A DNA stretch of 64,000 bases. Source: Myxococcota bacterium. Its GTDB lineage: Bacteria > Myxococcota_A > UBA9160 > UBA4427. Location: the NCBI GenBank assembly GCA_965250285.1, contig OZ252299.1, positions 5,792,001-5,856,000 of the forward strand, given 5' to 3'. The notes beneath the pieces were generated by a model. The model was not told the origin of the DNA. It made no database searches and worked only from the letters and a program-made list of their open reading frames with translations. The translations under genes were made by a program, and so were the position numbers. This document shows, in pieces, positions 18,367 to 27,810 of this stretch (position 1 is its first letter; each line of letters begins with the position of its first letter).

Positions 18367-19554
18367 ATGTCCACTGCCCCGTTCATGAACGATGCCGACA
18401 ACCACTACTACGAGCCCGACGACTGCTTCACGCGACACATCGAGTCGGCCTACGCAGACCGCACCTTCTGGATCGACCGATCCGAGCCCGGCCGGCCCGG
18501 CCGCATGATGGTGGGCGATGAGCGCTGCAAGTTCTTCAGCGTCGGCGTCGGTGATTCGATCGGCCCGCCCGGCATCATGAAGGATTTTCTACGCGGCACC
18601 TCGGAAGACGGCGGCAGCCCGTCGCTGAACCCGATCAACGCGCTCGACGTGCCCGAGTTCGTCGAGAAGAGCAAGCGGCTCGTCAAGATGGATGCCCAGC
18701 GGGTGCAGCGCACGCTGATGCTTCCGACGATGGGCGTCGGCGTCGAGGTGCAGCTCGCCGAGCCCAAGAACCGCGACATCCTCTATCCGTCGGTGCGTGC
18801 CTACAACCGGTGGATCGAAGAGGACTGGGGCTTCGACGACGGCCGCATCTACTCTGCGCCGCTGATCTCGCTCGTCGATCTCGCCGCGGGTCTGCAAGAG
18901 CTCGATCGGCTGATCGAGGCCGGCGCGCGCTTCGTGTGCCTGATGTGTGGCCCGATCGACGGCAAGTCGCCCGGTCACCCCGACTTCGATCCCTTCTGGG
19001 CGCGTTGTCAGGAAGCGGGCGTCAACGTGGTGTTCCACATCGGCGCGACCACCGTCGAGGCGGCCTACAACACGCCCTGGGGCCTGCGACCGCAGCCGCC
19101 GTCGCATCGGCATTCGCTGATGGAGTACTTCCTCTCGTTCACGGATCGTCCGGTCTCCGACCAGATCACGGCGCTGATCGCCGACAACATGTTCGGCCGA
19201 TTCCCCGATATCCGCGTGCTCTCGGTCGAGTACGGCGCGACGTGGGTGGCCCCGATGCTGCGCAAGCTCGACAGCATCTCGCGGCTCTTCAGCAAGGACA
19301 TGTGGCGCTTCGGCCAGCCCGATCTCACCCCGAGCGAGACGTTCAAGAAGAACGTCTGGGTCGCGCCCTTCTTCGAGGACGACGTCGTCGCGCTCTCGAA
19401 TCTGATCGGCGCCTCGCAGGTGCTGGCCGGCTCAGACTATCCGCACCCGGAAGGGTTGGCCGAGCCGTGGGAGTTCGCCGAAGAGCTCGACGGTCTCTCG
19501 GACGAGGACCAGTCGCTGATCATGCGCGACAACTTCGAGCAGCTCGTCGCCTAG
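18367..19554 (+). CDS. Amidohydrolase family protein (Amidohydro_2)
   Basis: DADNHYYE, VFHIG, LAGSDYPHPEG. Confidence 0.9.
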   Translation: MSTAPFMNDADNHYYEPDDCFTRHIESAYADRTFWIDRSEPGRPGRMMVGDERCKFFSVGVGDSIGPPGIMKDFLRGTSEDGGSPSLNPINALDVPEFVEKSKRLVKMDAQRVQRTLMLPTMGVGVEVQLAEPKNRDILYPSVRAYNRWIEEDWGFDDGRIYSAPLISLVDLAAGLQELDRLIEAGARFVCLMCGPIDGKSPGHPDFDPFWARCQEAGVNVVFHIGATTVEAAYNTPWGLRPQPPSHRHSLMEYFLSFTDRPVSDQITALIADNMFGRFPDIRVLSVEYGATWVAPMLRKLDSISRLFSKDMWRFGQPDLTPSETFKKNVWVAPFFEDDVVALSNLIGASQVLAGSDYPHPEGLAEPWEFAEELDGLSDEDQSLIMRDNFEQLVA

Positions 19555-19619
19555 GGGTCCCGAGCGCACGCTCCGCTTCGAGCAGCTCGTCGCCTAGGGG
19601 TCTCGAGCGCACGCTCCGC
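19534..19619. repeat. 43-bp tandem duplication including the last codons and TAG of the amidohydrolase gene
   Basis: TTCGAGCAGCTCGTCGCCTAGGGGTC(C/T)CGAGCGCACGCTCCGC x2, one mismatch. Confidence 0.9.
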
Positions 19620-19620
19620 G

Positions 19621-19789
19621 CGTTCGGCGCGGGGCGTGCTCTCGGAGTTCGCGTCGCGCGTTCGGCGCGGGGCGTGCTTTCGTGGTTCGCGTCGCGCGTT
19701 CGGCGCGGGGCGTGCTTTCGTGGTTCGCGTCGCGCGTTCGGCGCGGGGCGTGCTTTCGTGGTTCGCGTCGCGCGTTCGGCGCGGGGCGT
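19621..19789. repeat. 38-bp tandem repeat, about 4.5 copies
   Basis: CGTTCGGCGCGGGGCGTGCTTTCGTGGTTCGCGTCGCG units starting 19621, 19659, 19697, 19735, 19773 (partial); first copy diverged. Confidence 0.92.
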
Positions 19790-19820
19790 CTCGACGCCTT
19801 TGGCCGACAGGGTCAAGCGC

Positions 19821-21653
19821 CTAGTGGGCGTGTCCGTGGTGATGACCGTGATGGTGGCCGTGGTCGTGGTGATGGTCGTGTGACCCCAGCGCCTCGCCGA
19901 GGGCGGCGAGCCAGCCGCGCAGGCCGCTCCTCCAGATCGCGCGCAGCACGAAGAGACCGAGCAGCAGCGTGGCCGTGATGCCGATCTGGCTGTGCTGGTG
20001 GGCGTCGGTCTCGAGCGTGTCGGGCAAGTCGATGGGCATCCCGACCCAGTTCACGACCAGGGCGCACGCCCACACGCCGAGCACGAGCCCGCCGAGCGTC
20101 ACCCAGGCCGCCCGACCGCCGAACGCGGCGCGCAGGAAGCCGACCGTCGCCACGTTCGTCGCGGGCCCGAGCAGCAGGCCGGCGAGGACCGCGCCGGGTG
20201 AGAAGCCCTTCGCGAGCAGCACCGCGGCGAGCGGCGTCGCCGACGCGGCGCAGACGTAGCTCGGCATGGCGACCGCCGACACGACGAGGATGTCGAGGCC
20301 GGTGCTGGCGAGCTCGGCAGCCGCACCCGTGGGCAGCGAGGCCTGCACGTAGGCGGCGACGATCAGGCCGACCACCGTGAACGGACCGACGTGGTAGAGC
20401 AGGTCGTCGAAGTGCTCGATCGTGCGCGCGAGGGCGTTGCCTTCCGCCGCATCGGCTGCGTCGAGCGACTCCGGCTCGCCCTCGCCTTCGCCGCGCTCGC
20501 CCAGCGCCCATGACACCATCAGTGCAGCCGCGATCGCGACCCCGACGGCGGTGACCAGTCGAACGGCGGCGAAGGGCCAGCCGAGGAACTGCACCGACAG
20601 CAGAAAGCTCTCGACCCCGAGCTCGGGTGTGGCGAGCAGGAAGGCCACGACGAGCGCCGGCCCGGCGCCGCGATTCTTGATCGACTGCGCGAGCGGGAGC
20701 ACGCCGCACGCGCAGATCGGCAGCGGAGCTCCGACCACGGCGCCGCGGATCGCCTGGCGCAGGTTGTTGCCCGAGCGCAGCCAGGCGAGCGGCAGCTTCG
20801 AGCCGAAGGTCTGCAGCACGGCGCCCACGCCCAGGCCGAGCAGCAGCAGCGGGGCCGTCTCGATGGTCAGCTCGACGAGCGAGTCGAGGATCACCACACG
20901 CACGTCCGCGCCCGCACCGTGCGCGTGGCCGGGTGCGTGGCCCGGTCGGAGCGTCCCCACGAAGCCGACGGCGATGCCTGCGCAGATCGCGACGAGATCC
21001 CAGACCCGGCGTAGGCCCTCGGGGCGCGACTCGCCGTGCCAGTCGTGACCGATCACGTGCAGCAGCAGACCGCCGGTCGCTGCCATGAGCCAAGGCTCGA
21101 TCGGTGCCACGCTCGCCGATGGGATCGCGTCGACGATGCCGATACCGGCGACCGTCGCGGCGGCCAGACCCGCTGCGCGCAGCATGGCGTGTCGCAGCCC
21201 GTAGCGTTCGGCGAAGGCGAGCGTCATGACGGCGGTGACGGGCACCGTGTGGGCACCCACGACGGCGACGATGTCGAGGCCCGACGAGTCGACGGCGGTG
21301 CCCGCGGCGCCGCCGAAGAGGCCCAGCGCCACGCCGTCGCCGATCTTGTGCACGACGAGCCCCGCGTAGCCGAGCTCGACGGCGACCTTCGACGAGTCGA
21401 CGTCGGCTTTCGCACGCGCGAAGAGGCGCTCGAGCAGCGCGGGGACGAGCAGCGCCACGGCGAACACGCCGAGCGCCGAGATGCCGAGCTCAGCCAGCGC
21501 GTCGGGCAGCAGGTGGGCGAGCACGACGACGACCGACGCGACCAGCGCGAACGTGCGGATCGTCGACAGCAGCCCGCTTCGGCGCGCGCCTGCGAAGGCG
21601 AGCAGGGCGCCGACCGCGACAGATGCGAGGGCGACGCCGATCGGCAGCGTCAT
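19821..21653 (-). CDS. Metal permease: N-terminal ZIP-like domain fused to DUF318/ArsP-type permease, His-rich tail
   Basis: HLLPDA, HKIGDGVALG, AHTVP (ZIP-like); GAPLPICACGVLP, FLLATPELG, YVCASAATP, GPATN (DUF318); tail HDHHHDHGHHHGHHHGHAH. Confidence 0.8.
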   Translation of the reverse strand: MTLPIGVALASVAVGALLAFAGARRSGLLSTIRTFALVASVVVVLAHLLPDALAELGISALGVFAVALLVPALLERLFARAKADVDSSKVAVELGYAGLVVHKIGDGVALGLFGGAAGTAVDSSGLDIVAVVGAHTVPVTAVMTLAFAERYGLRHAMLRAAGLAAATVAGIGIVDAIPSASVAPIEPWLMAATGGLLLHVIGHDWHGESRPEGLRRVWDLVAICAGIAVGFVGTLRPGHAPGHAHGAGADVRVVILDSLVELTIETAPLLLLGLGVGAVLQTFGSKLPLAWLRSGNNLRQAIRGAVVGAPLPICACGVLPLAQSIKNRGAGPALVVAFLLATPELGVESFLLSVQFLGWPFAAVRLVTAVGVAIAAALMVSWALGERGEGEGEPESLDAADAAEGNALARTIEHFDDLLYHVGPFTVVGLIVAAYVQASLPTGAAAELASTGLDILVVSAVAMPSYVCAASATPLAAVLLAKGFSPGAVLAGLLLGPATNVATVGFLRAAFGGRAAWVTLGGLVLGVWACALVVNWVGMPIDLPDTLETDAHQHSQIGITATLLLGLFVLRAIWRSGLRGWLAALGEALGSHDHHHDHGHHHGHHHGHAH

Positions 21654-21727
21654 CGGGCGCCGGTCCGCAGCCGCCGCGACCGAGGTCGTCGTGTCGGGTC
21701 AACAGCGTCGAGGTCCGTCTGCTTCAT
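21650..21727 (-). CDS. Candidate 25-aa bridging mini-ORF (MKQTDLDAVDPTRRPRSRRLRTGAR)
   Basis: ATG overlaps the NUDIX stop (ATGA); its TGA overlaps the permease ATG (ATGA). Confidence 0.3.
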   Translation of the reverse strand: MKQTDLDAVDPTRRPRSRRLRTGAR

Positions 21728-22482
21728 CCGCGAGTGCGTCCACCCGAAGCACTGTGCGGAGAGTGCGTGCGCTCGTAGTGCCACGCCGCTCGATCCATGT
21801 TGAGTCGGTGGCGCGGACCTGCGATCTCGGCATCGCCGACCTCGTAGCCCGCGTCGCCGTGCCACAGCGCGATCGGGCCGTCGTCGCGCACGGCAATGCG
21901 CGTCGCGAAGCGCTCGGGCTCGCGCGCCGTAAGCGCCTTCATCGCCTCGTCGGTGTCGCGCCAGCCCGCGAGCTCGAAGAGGCTGACGAAGGTCGGCGGC
22001 GCCACCTCGATCTCGCCGGCGTCGCGGCGGTCGAGGGCGGCGCGAGGCGACATCCACTGCGACTCGCGAATCTCTCCGTCGTCGATCTGCACGTGGCCCG
22101 CAGGCGCGACGGCCGCGAAGAACCAGGTGAGAAAGCGACGCGGTGAGACGGGCGGCGGCGTCCAGTGCGCGAACGGCACCATGCCGTGGGGCTCGACGAT
22201 CAGGCCGGTCTCCTCTTCGGCCTCGCGCACCGCGGCGACCCGCGCGTGGGCCAGGTCGTCTGCGTCTGCGAGGCCGTGGCGGTCGGCGTCGTCGACGCGG
22301 CCCCCCGGAAAGACCCACATCCCCCCAAACGCGATCTTCGAGTTGCGGCGAAGCATGAGGGTCTCGAGGCCCGCATCGCCATCGCGCAGCAAGAGGACGG
22401 TGGCGGCGGCCACGGGTTCGGATCCGGCTTTGCCCTCGCGGGCCCAGCGGGCGAGATTGTCGGCGTGCTTGGGTTCGGTCAT
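21724..22482 (-). CDS. NUDIX hydrolase
   Basis: AATVLLLRD, WVFPGGRVD..AAVREAEEETG Nudix box, HWTPP..RRFLTWFF. Confidence 0.9.
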   Translation of the reverse strand: MTEPKHADNLARWAREGKAGSEPVAAATVLLLRDGDAGLETLMLRRNSKIAFGGMWVFPGGRVDDADRHGLADADDLAHARVAAVREAEEETGLIVEPHGMVPFAHWTPPPVSPRRFLTWFFAAVAPAGHVQIDDGEIRESQWMSPRAALDRRDAGEIEVAPPTFVSLFELAGWRDTDEAMKALTAREPERFATRIAVRDDGPIALWHGDAGYEVGDAEIAGPRHRLNMDRAAWHYERTHSPHSASGGRTRG

Positions 22483-22536
22483 GGCAGACCCGGTAGGCTA
22501 CCGCAGCCGCGCCGGCTCGACCGACTACAGCATATT

Positions 22537-22719
22537 GCGCGCCGGCGCCGGGCCTTTCGGGATCGCACCGCACCCGACGCGCGCTGCCGCCCGCCCAAAC
22601 GTCACCGATCCGCACTCGACGCGCGCCGGCGCCGGGCCAGACGTCACCGATCCGCACCGGACGCGCGCCGGCGCCGGGCCAGACGTCACCGATCCGCACC
22701 GGACGCGCGCCGGCGCCGG
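22537..22719. repeat. 42-bp tandem repeat in a divergent intergenic region (about 3 good + degenerate copies)
   Basis: ACGTCACCGATCCGCACCGGACGCGCGCCGGCGCCGGGCCAG at 22599, 22641, 22683 (last truncated); degenerate copies at 22537-22598. Confidence 0.88.
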
Positions 22720-22740
22720 CACAGGCGTAGACTCGCGCGC

Positions 22741-23616
22741 ATGTCCGATGTCGCCCCGCCGATCGACCGTCCGCCGCCCGGCGATTTCGAGGGCTTCTTC
22801 GCGCTCGAGACCGTGGGTGAGGATCATTTTCGCAAGCACTTCGTCGCCGTCGACGAGTGGGATGCCATGCATCCGCTCTTCGGCGGATCGATCCTGGGGT
22901 TCGCCGTCGCCGCGGCGGCCCAGACGTGCGGCGGTCGTCCGCTGGCCTCGCTGCACATGTACTTCCTGCGCGGCATCCCGTACGGCGTACCGGTCGACTT
23001 CCATGTCGAGCGGGTGCGCGACGGTCGTCGCGTCGCACACAGGCAGGTCGAGGTGCGCGCCCAGGACAAGCTGGCCTGCCGGATCACCTTGCTCTTCTCG
23101 GCGCCCGCCGAAGGGCACGCGATGATCTTCGGCGAGCGCGACATGGCCGACCTGCCCGACCCTGAGACGCTGCGCTCGCACAACGACGTCATCGCCGACG
23201 AGGGCGACGAGCCGTGGTGGGATTCGCCGATCGACTGGCGTTTCGAGGGGCGGCCCTGGGAGGTCGACCGAGCCAACGGCGCGCTGCACGGCGGCTGGGT
23301 GCGCCCATGCCGTGAGATCCCCGACGAACCGGGCCTGCACGAGGCAGCGACGGCCTTCTTGAGCGACGCGCTGTCGCACTGGCCCGTGGCCCGTGTGCTC
23401 GGCGGGCACGACGAGCCCGGCTCGTACACGAGCCTCGATACCGCGCTCTGGTTCCATCGGCCCGAACCCTGGCGAGACTGGCGCTATCTCGAGAGCGCCT
23501 GCGAGATCGGGCACGGCGGTCGCGGGCTCTCGCGTCGCTCGCTCTACGACCGAAGCGGACGCTTGATCGCGTCGATGATTCAGGAAGCACTGATTCCGAG
23601 TGGGACGGGCGCCTAG
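22741..23616 (+). CDS. Acyl-CoA thioesterase II (TesB-like)
   Basis: LFGGSILG, SLHMYFLR, VERVRDGRR, AFLSD, TSLDTALWFH, ASMIQEAL. Confidence 0.88.
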   Translation: MSDVAPPIDRPPPGDFEGFFALETVGEDHFRKHFVAVDEWDAMHPLFGGSILGFAVAAAAQTCGGRPLASLHMYFLRGIPYGVPVDFHVERVRDGRRVAHRQVEVRAQDKLACRITLLFSAPAEGHAMIFGERDMADLPDPETLRSHNDVIADEGDEPWWDSPIDWRFEGRPWEVDRANGALHGGWVRPCREIPDEPGLHEAATAFLSDALSHWPVARVLGGHDEPGSYTSLDTALWFHRPEPWRDWRYLESACEIGHGGRGLSRRSLYDRSGRLIASMIQEALIPSGTGA

Positions 23617-23931
23617 GGAACCTCTGCACGGTCTGCCGTGCCAGGGCCGGGGCAGGCGGGGGCACCGTGCTCGGACATTCTCGGCGCGACCTGCCAGGGA
23701 AGTTCGTATGCAGCGCCCGTCGCGCCTGCGAACTGCGCGCGGTCCCCCCGCCTGCCCCGGCCTCGGGACGCTTCGGTCACAGCGCATTCATCTCGGCCGG
23801 GAAGCGCTCGTGACGCGTGCCCTTGCCCTTCCGCTTCCAGGCCTCGCCCGTGAACGTCTGCTGATCAGCCCATCGAGCTCACCGCCCAGCGCTGTTCGCG
23901 CATGCGGGGGGCGAGTTCTGCAGAGCATCCC
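23616..23931. mobile_element. Possible MITE remnant with nested inverted repeats, abutting the stop codon
   Basis: Outer imperfect IR GGGAACCTCTGCA / TGCAGAGCATCCC (11/13); inner perfect 18-bp IR at 23645-23662 / 23745-23762; begins at CTAG. Confidence 0.35.
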
Positions 23932-24081
23932 CGGCGCTTCTGGCTGCCCGTCAGGCCGTCTTCGGCGTACGCCGTCGCGGCGCCGTCACTGCCTTCGAGG
24001 ACCGCGTACACCGCGGATGTGCGCGATGCCGTCCATCTCGATCGCCATGCGAGGTTCCTGCGGGCCCGAAGCGGCGAGGCG

Positions 24082-25005
24082 TCAGCCGGCTTCGGTCGAG
24101 GCCAGCGGGGCGGTGTCGCTCCGCGCCGCAGCGCGTACCGCGTCGAACGTGAAGAGCGCGAGCGCAAGCCAGACGCAGCCGAACGTGATCGCGTGATCGC
24201 GGGTGAACGGCTCGTCGTAGAGCCCGACGGCGATCAGAAGCGTGAGCGTCGGCGCGAGGTACTGGAACATGCCGACGGCGAAGAGCGGCAGGCGAGCGGT
24301 GGCGGCGCGAAAGCAGAAGAGCGGCGCGGCGGTCACGAAGCCCGAGAGCGCAACCAGCGCGTGCAGCTCGAACGACGCGTCGACGAGCACCGAATCGTGC
24401 GTGTAGACGAGCCCGCCCTGAATCAACACGGCGAGGGGGATCAGCACGATCATCTCGCGCGCCAACCCGGGCAGCGGTGGCTGCGGGTTCATCTTGTGCA
24501 CGAGACCGTAGAACCCGAACGTCACCGCGAGCACGACCGAGATCCACGGCAGCGCTCCGACGCGCACCGCGTAAGCCGCAACGCCGACGCAAGCGAGCGC
24601 CACCGCTGCGCTCTGCAGCGGGCGGAGTCGCTCGCCCAGTACGACGAGGCCGAGAAACACGCTGACGAGCGGGTTGATGTAGTAGCCGAGGCTCGTGGCG
24701 ATGATCTGGTCGCTCTGCACCGCGTAGATGAAGATGAACCAGTTCGACGAGACGAGCAGAGCGGCGAGCACGATCGGGCCGGCCAGGCGGCGGTCGAACT
24801 GCAGGATCTCGCGCACCCGCCCGCTCGCCAGGAGGATCACGACCAGGAGCAGCGCGGTCCAGCCAATGCGCGGTCCGACGAGCTCGAGCGCCGGGAGGGC
24901 CTGCACCCACTTCCAATAGATGGGGACGACGCCCCAGAGCGTGTACGCGGCGATGGCGTAGAGCACACCGGCCCGGCTCGACGGGGCGGCGGGGGCATCC
25001 GACAT
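24082..25005 (-). CDS. rarD: EamA family transporter RarD
   Basis: AYTLWGVVPIYWK, NWFIFIYAV, SLGYYINPLVSV, GMFQYLAPT. Start placed at ATG 25005. Confidence 0.9.
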   Translation of the reverse strand: MSDAPAAPSSRAGVLYAIAAYTLWGVVPIYWKWVQALPALELVGPRIGWTALLLVVILLASGRVREILQFDRRLAGPIVLAALLVSSNWFIFIYAVQSDQIIATSLGYYINPLVSVFLGLVVLGERLRPLQSAAVALACVGVAAYAVRVGALPWISVVLAVTFGFYGLVHKMNPQPPLPGLAREMIVLIPLAVLIQGGLVYTHDSVLVDASFELHALVALSGFVTAAPLFCFRAATARLPLFAVGMFQYLAPTLTLLIAVGLYDEPFTRDHAITFGCVWLALALFTFDAVRAAARSDTAPLASTEAG

Positions 25006-25193
25006 CGGGTCCTCGGCAGGGCGCGGCAAGAAGAAGACGGGGTGGGCGCTGGCCGTCGGCCTGCGCTTCGCATCACGATAGCAGGGCCGCGTGGGCCGAT
25101 GCGGCGGGGTGGGACCTCGCTTGCCCACGCCCACGCCCACGCCCGCACCGCGGGCGATGCGTCAAGCACCAAGACCGCCCGCGTCTCGACGCG

Positions 25194-26603
25194 TCAGAAC
25201 TTCAGGACCGCCTGGGTGTAGACGTAGTCCGAGTCCTTGGTCGCAACGGCGTTCGGCGCCTTCTTCATGAACTCGCCGCGGAACAGGTGCGCGTAGCCGA
25301 CCTCGAGCCGCAGGTTGCCCGGCAGCGGGTTCCAGCGGACGCGCACTTCGATCTGATCGCCGAGGAAGCTGCCCGACTGGCCGGTGGGATCGACGACGCC
25401 GGTGGTCGTCCAGCGGTCGCGCTTCTGCGCGAGCCAGAACGCACGGTACGCGAAGAAGCTCGACCACTTCTTGGCGGGCTTCACCTGGAGCCGCATGCCC
25501 ACCGTATTGAGGTTCGAACGGGCGAAGGGGCCGTAGATGCCGGTCGGCCCGAACTCGAAGCGGCGCGCGCCGAACAGCGTGTCGAAACGCCCGTTCTTGT
25601 CGTCGTTCGGGTTCTTGTCGCCGCTCGCGTAATCCCACTGAATCACGAGCCTTGGCTGCCACGGCGCGTCGAAGGTGTAGCCGCCCGCCGTGTGGAGGAA
25701 GTACGCGAAGTGATCGAGGTTCTGAGTCGAGGAGCGATTCGCCCGGGACTCGCCCCACTGCAGCGCGCCCTCGAACTCGTAGTCGAGCTGGCTCACGCGG
25801 GGGAGGCGAAAGAGCCGCACACCCGACGTGAAGAGATTTCGGTTCGGCGTGCTGCGCTCGGAGTTGTCGCGCTCGTGCAGGCCGAAGATGTAGAGCTCGA
25901 GGCCGAGGCCCGAGGTCGTCTCGCTCGCGGCGAAGAGGCCCCAGAACTGCTGATCGACACTCTCGCGGTCGATCTCGATCGTGTTGTCCTGCAGCGCCGG
26001 CTGATCCTGCGCAGTCGGGCGTCGAAACTGCGGCGCCGTCCAGAACGCGCGATAGGTGGTGCGCGTCTCGCCGTGACTCTGCCACTCGATGTCGACGCCG
26101 GTGAAGCCATTGATCGTGTTTCGGAAGCGGTTGCGCGCGACGAAGCGACGGCTGCCGACGTCCATCGTCATGCGTCCACCGGTCACGCGCAGATCGCCCC
26201 CGAACACGTCTTCGGCGCGCAGGTCGGCGTAGGCGCGGATCAGCTCGACCGAGTTCACGATCGTCGTCGTGAGAAACGTGTCTTCGGTGACGTACGCGCG
26301 CGAGTCCTGCATCTCGGCGCCGATGGTGATGCCCTTCATCGGCGAGACCTTGCCGTCGACCAGCGTACGCAGCACGACGACCTGATCCGAAGGACCGCCG
26401 ACCCGGACGACGCGAAACTGCTCGCTCAGGTACTCGTAGCGGGTGCGCTGGGTGACGCTCAGCGAAACCAGATTGGTCGGGATCGCGTCGTCGAGCCGCC
26501 ACGGCTCCGCGTGCGCCGAGCCCACCGGGAGCGACGTGCCGCAGACGAAGAGGAGGAGCCCCGCGACGAAGGCGGATCGGAGGCGAAGGGACGCGACGAC
26601 CAT
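25194..26603 (-). CDS. Alginate export (AlgE-like) family outer-membrane porin
   Basis: RTRYE, GSRRFVARNRFRNTINGFTG, DYASGD, FDTLFGARRFEFGPTGIYG, terminal F; signal peptide (start uncertain). Confidence 0.85.
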   Translation of the reverse strand: MVVASLRLRSAFVAGLLLFVCGTSLPVGSAHAEPWRLDDAIPTNLVSLSVTQRTRYEYLSEQFRVVRVGGPSDQVVVLRTLVDGKVSPMKGITIGAEMQDSRAYVTEDTFLTTTIVNSVELIRAYADLRAEDVFGGDLRVTGGRMTMDVGSRRFVARNRFRNTINGFTGVDIEWQSHGETRTTYRAFWTAPQFRRPTAQDQPALQDNTIEIDRESVDQQFWGLFAASETTSGLGLELYIFGLHERDNSERSTPNRNLFTSGVRLFRLPRVSQLDYEFEGALQWGESRANRSSTQNLDHFAYFLHTAGGYTFDAPWQPRLVIQWDYASGDKNPNDDKNGRFDTLFGARRFEFGPTGIYGPFARSNLNTVGMRLQVKPAKKWSSFFAYRAFWLAQKRDRWTTTGVVDPTGQSGSFLGDQIEVRVRWNPLPGNLRLEVGYAHLFRGEFMKKAPNAVATKDSDYVYTQAVLKF

Positions 26604-26829
26604 TGCGGTGAGGGGTCTCCGTCGAGGACCGGAAGGGCGGGGCTCACCGCTGGCGCAGAGGGCCGCGGCCGGGGAGCCGAATCGAGCGCCGCAGCATAGC
26701 GGCCGGGATCGATCGCGTGAAGGCGGCGCAACGCGCCCGCGGGCAACCGGGGCGGGCTCCCGCACGGGCCGCGAGGGATCGGCGCCGAACCCGATTCAGC
26801 GATCTGGATCGAATCCTGTCGCCGCCTGC

Positions 26830-27684
26830 TCAGTTGCCTCCCTCGGCCGAGAAGAGCCAGGTGGCCGAGGCCATTCGCACTGCCCCGCCCGTGTGGAAGG
26901 GGGCAAGGTCGGTGATCGCCGACGCCTTGGCGGCTGCCCGGATCTCGTCGTTCGCGTTCCGCAGCGCAGCACCGGCCGGACCCATCTGAAGCAACAGGTC
27001 GACGGTCTGATCGAGCGCGAGTCCCTCGCCGATCGCGAGCTCGATCTCGATCGGCTCGAACGTGACCGCTTGCCAGCCCGCATCGACCAGCTTGCGCGCG
27101 GTGGCGTCGGCGTCAGCGAACGAGAACGGGCCGGGCCCTCCTTCGGGCGGGCGCGGGGGCATCTCGACGTGCTTCGCTGCCGAGAGAGCGGGCAATACCA
27201 TCCACGGGTTGTTCGCGATCTCCTGCCAACACACGAAGCAGAGGCGACCGCCCGGTGCGAGGGCGGTGCGGATGTTCGCGAAGGCGGCCACCGGGTCGTC
27301 GAAGAACATCACCCCGAAGCGCGAGAACACGAGGTCGATGCTGCTCGGGGCGAAGGCGCGCACCTGCGCGTCGCCCTGTTCGAAACGGACGTGCGACTGA
27401 CCGGCTGCTTCGGCGCGGTGCCGGGCATCGGCGAGCATCGGCCCCGAGAGATCGACGCCGGTCACGCTGCCGCTCGGTCCGACGCGGCGGCCGAGCTCGA
27501 TCGTCGTCTGGCCACAGCCACAGCCGACGTCGAGGACACGCTCCCCTTCGCGGGCGGCGGCGTGATCGAGCGCGCGGAGACCGATGGGCGCGATCTGCTG
27601 GTCGATCACGTCGGCGTTCTCGACCCACTTGGGTCCGTTCACCACGTTCCAGTATTCGGTCTGCTCGGCATTGGGCTGCGTCAT
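26830..27684 (-). CDS. Class I SAM-dependent methyltransferase
   Basis: VLDVGCGCGQTT, GVDLS, SRFGVMFFDDP. Start ATG 27684. Confidence 0.9.
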   Translation of the reverse strand: MTQPNAEQTEYWNVVNGPKWVENADVIDQQIAPIGLRALDHAAAREGERVLDVGCGCGQTTIELGRRVGPSGSVTGVDLSGPMLADARHRAEAAGQSHVRFEQGDAQVRAFAPSSIDLVFSRFGVMFFDDPVAAFANIRTALAPGGRLCFVCWQEIANNPWMVLPALSAAKHVEMPPRPPEGGPGPFSFADADATARKLVDAGWQAVTFEPIEIELAIGEGLALDQTVDLLLQMGPAGAALRNANDEIRAAAKASAITDLAPFHTGGAVRMASATWLFSAEGGN

Positions 27685-27810
27685 CGGGGCCTCGAGTGGG
27701 AGGGGCGCGGGCTGTGCGATGATAGGCAGGCGCGCGATGGCCGGGTACCGGGCTCGCATGGCGCTCTCTTCTCTCGCAAACCTCTCTTGCAAAGCAGGCT
27801 GCGGATCACG

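Noticed and set aside
19621..19789. CRISPR interpretation of this and the 41-, 42- and 77-bp arrays
   Set aside because: Units are head-to-tail with no unique spacers, and there is no cas gene in the window
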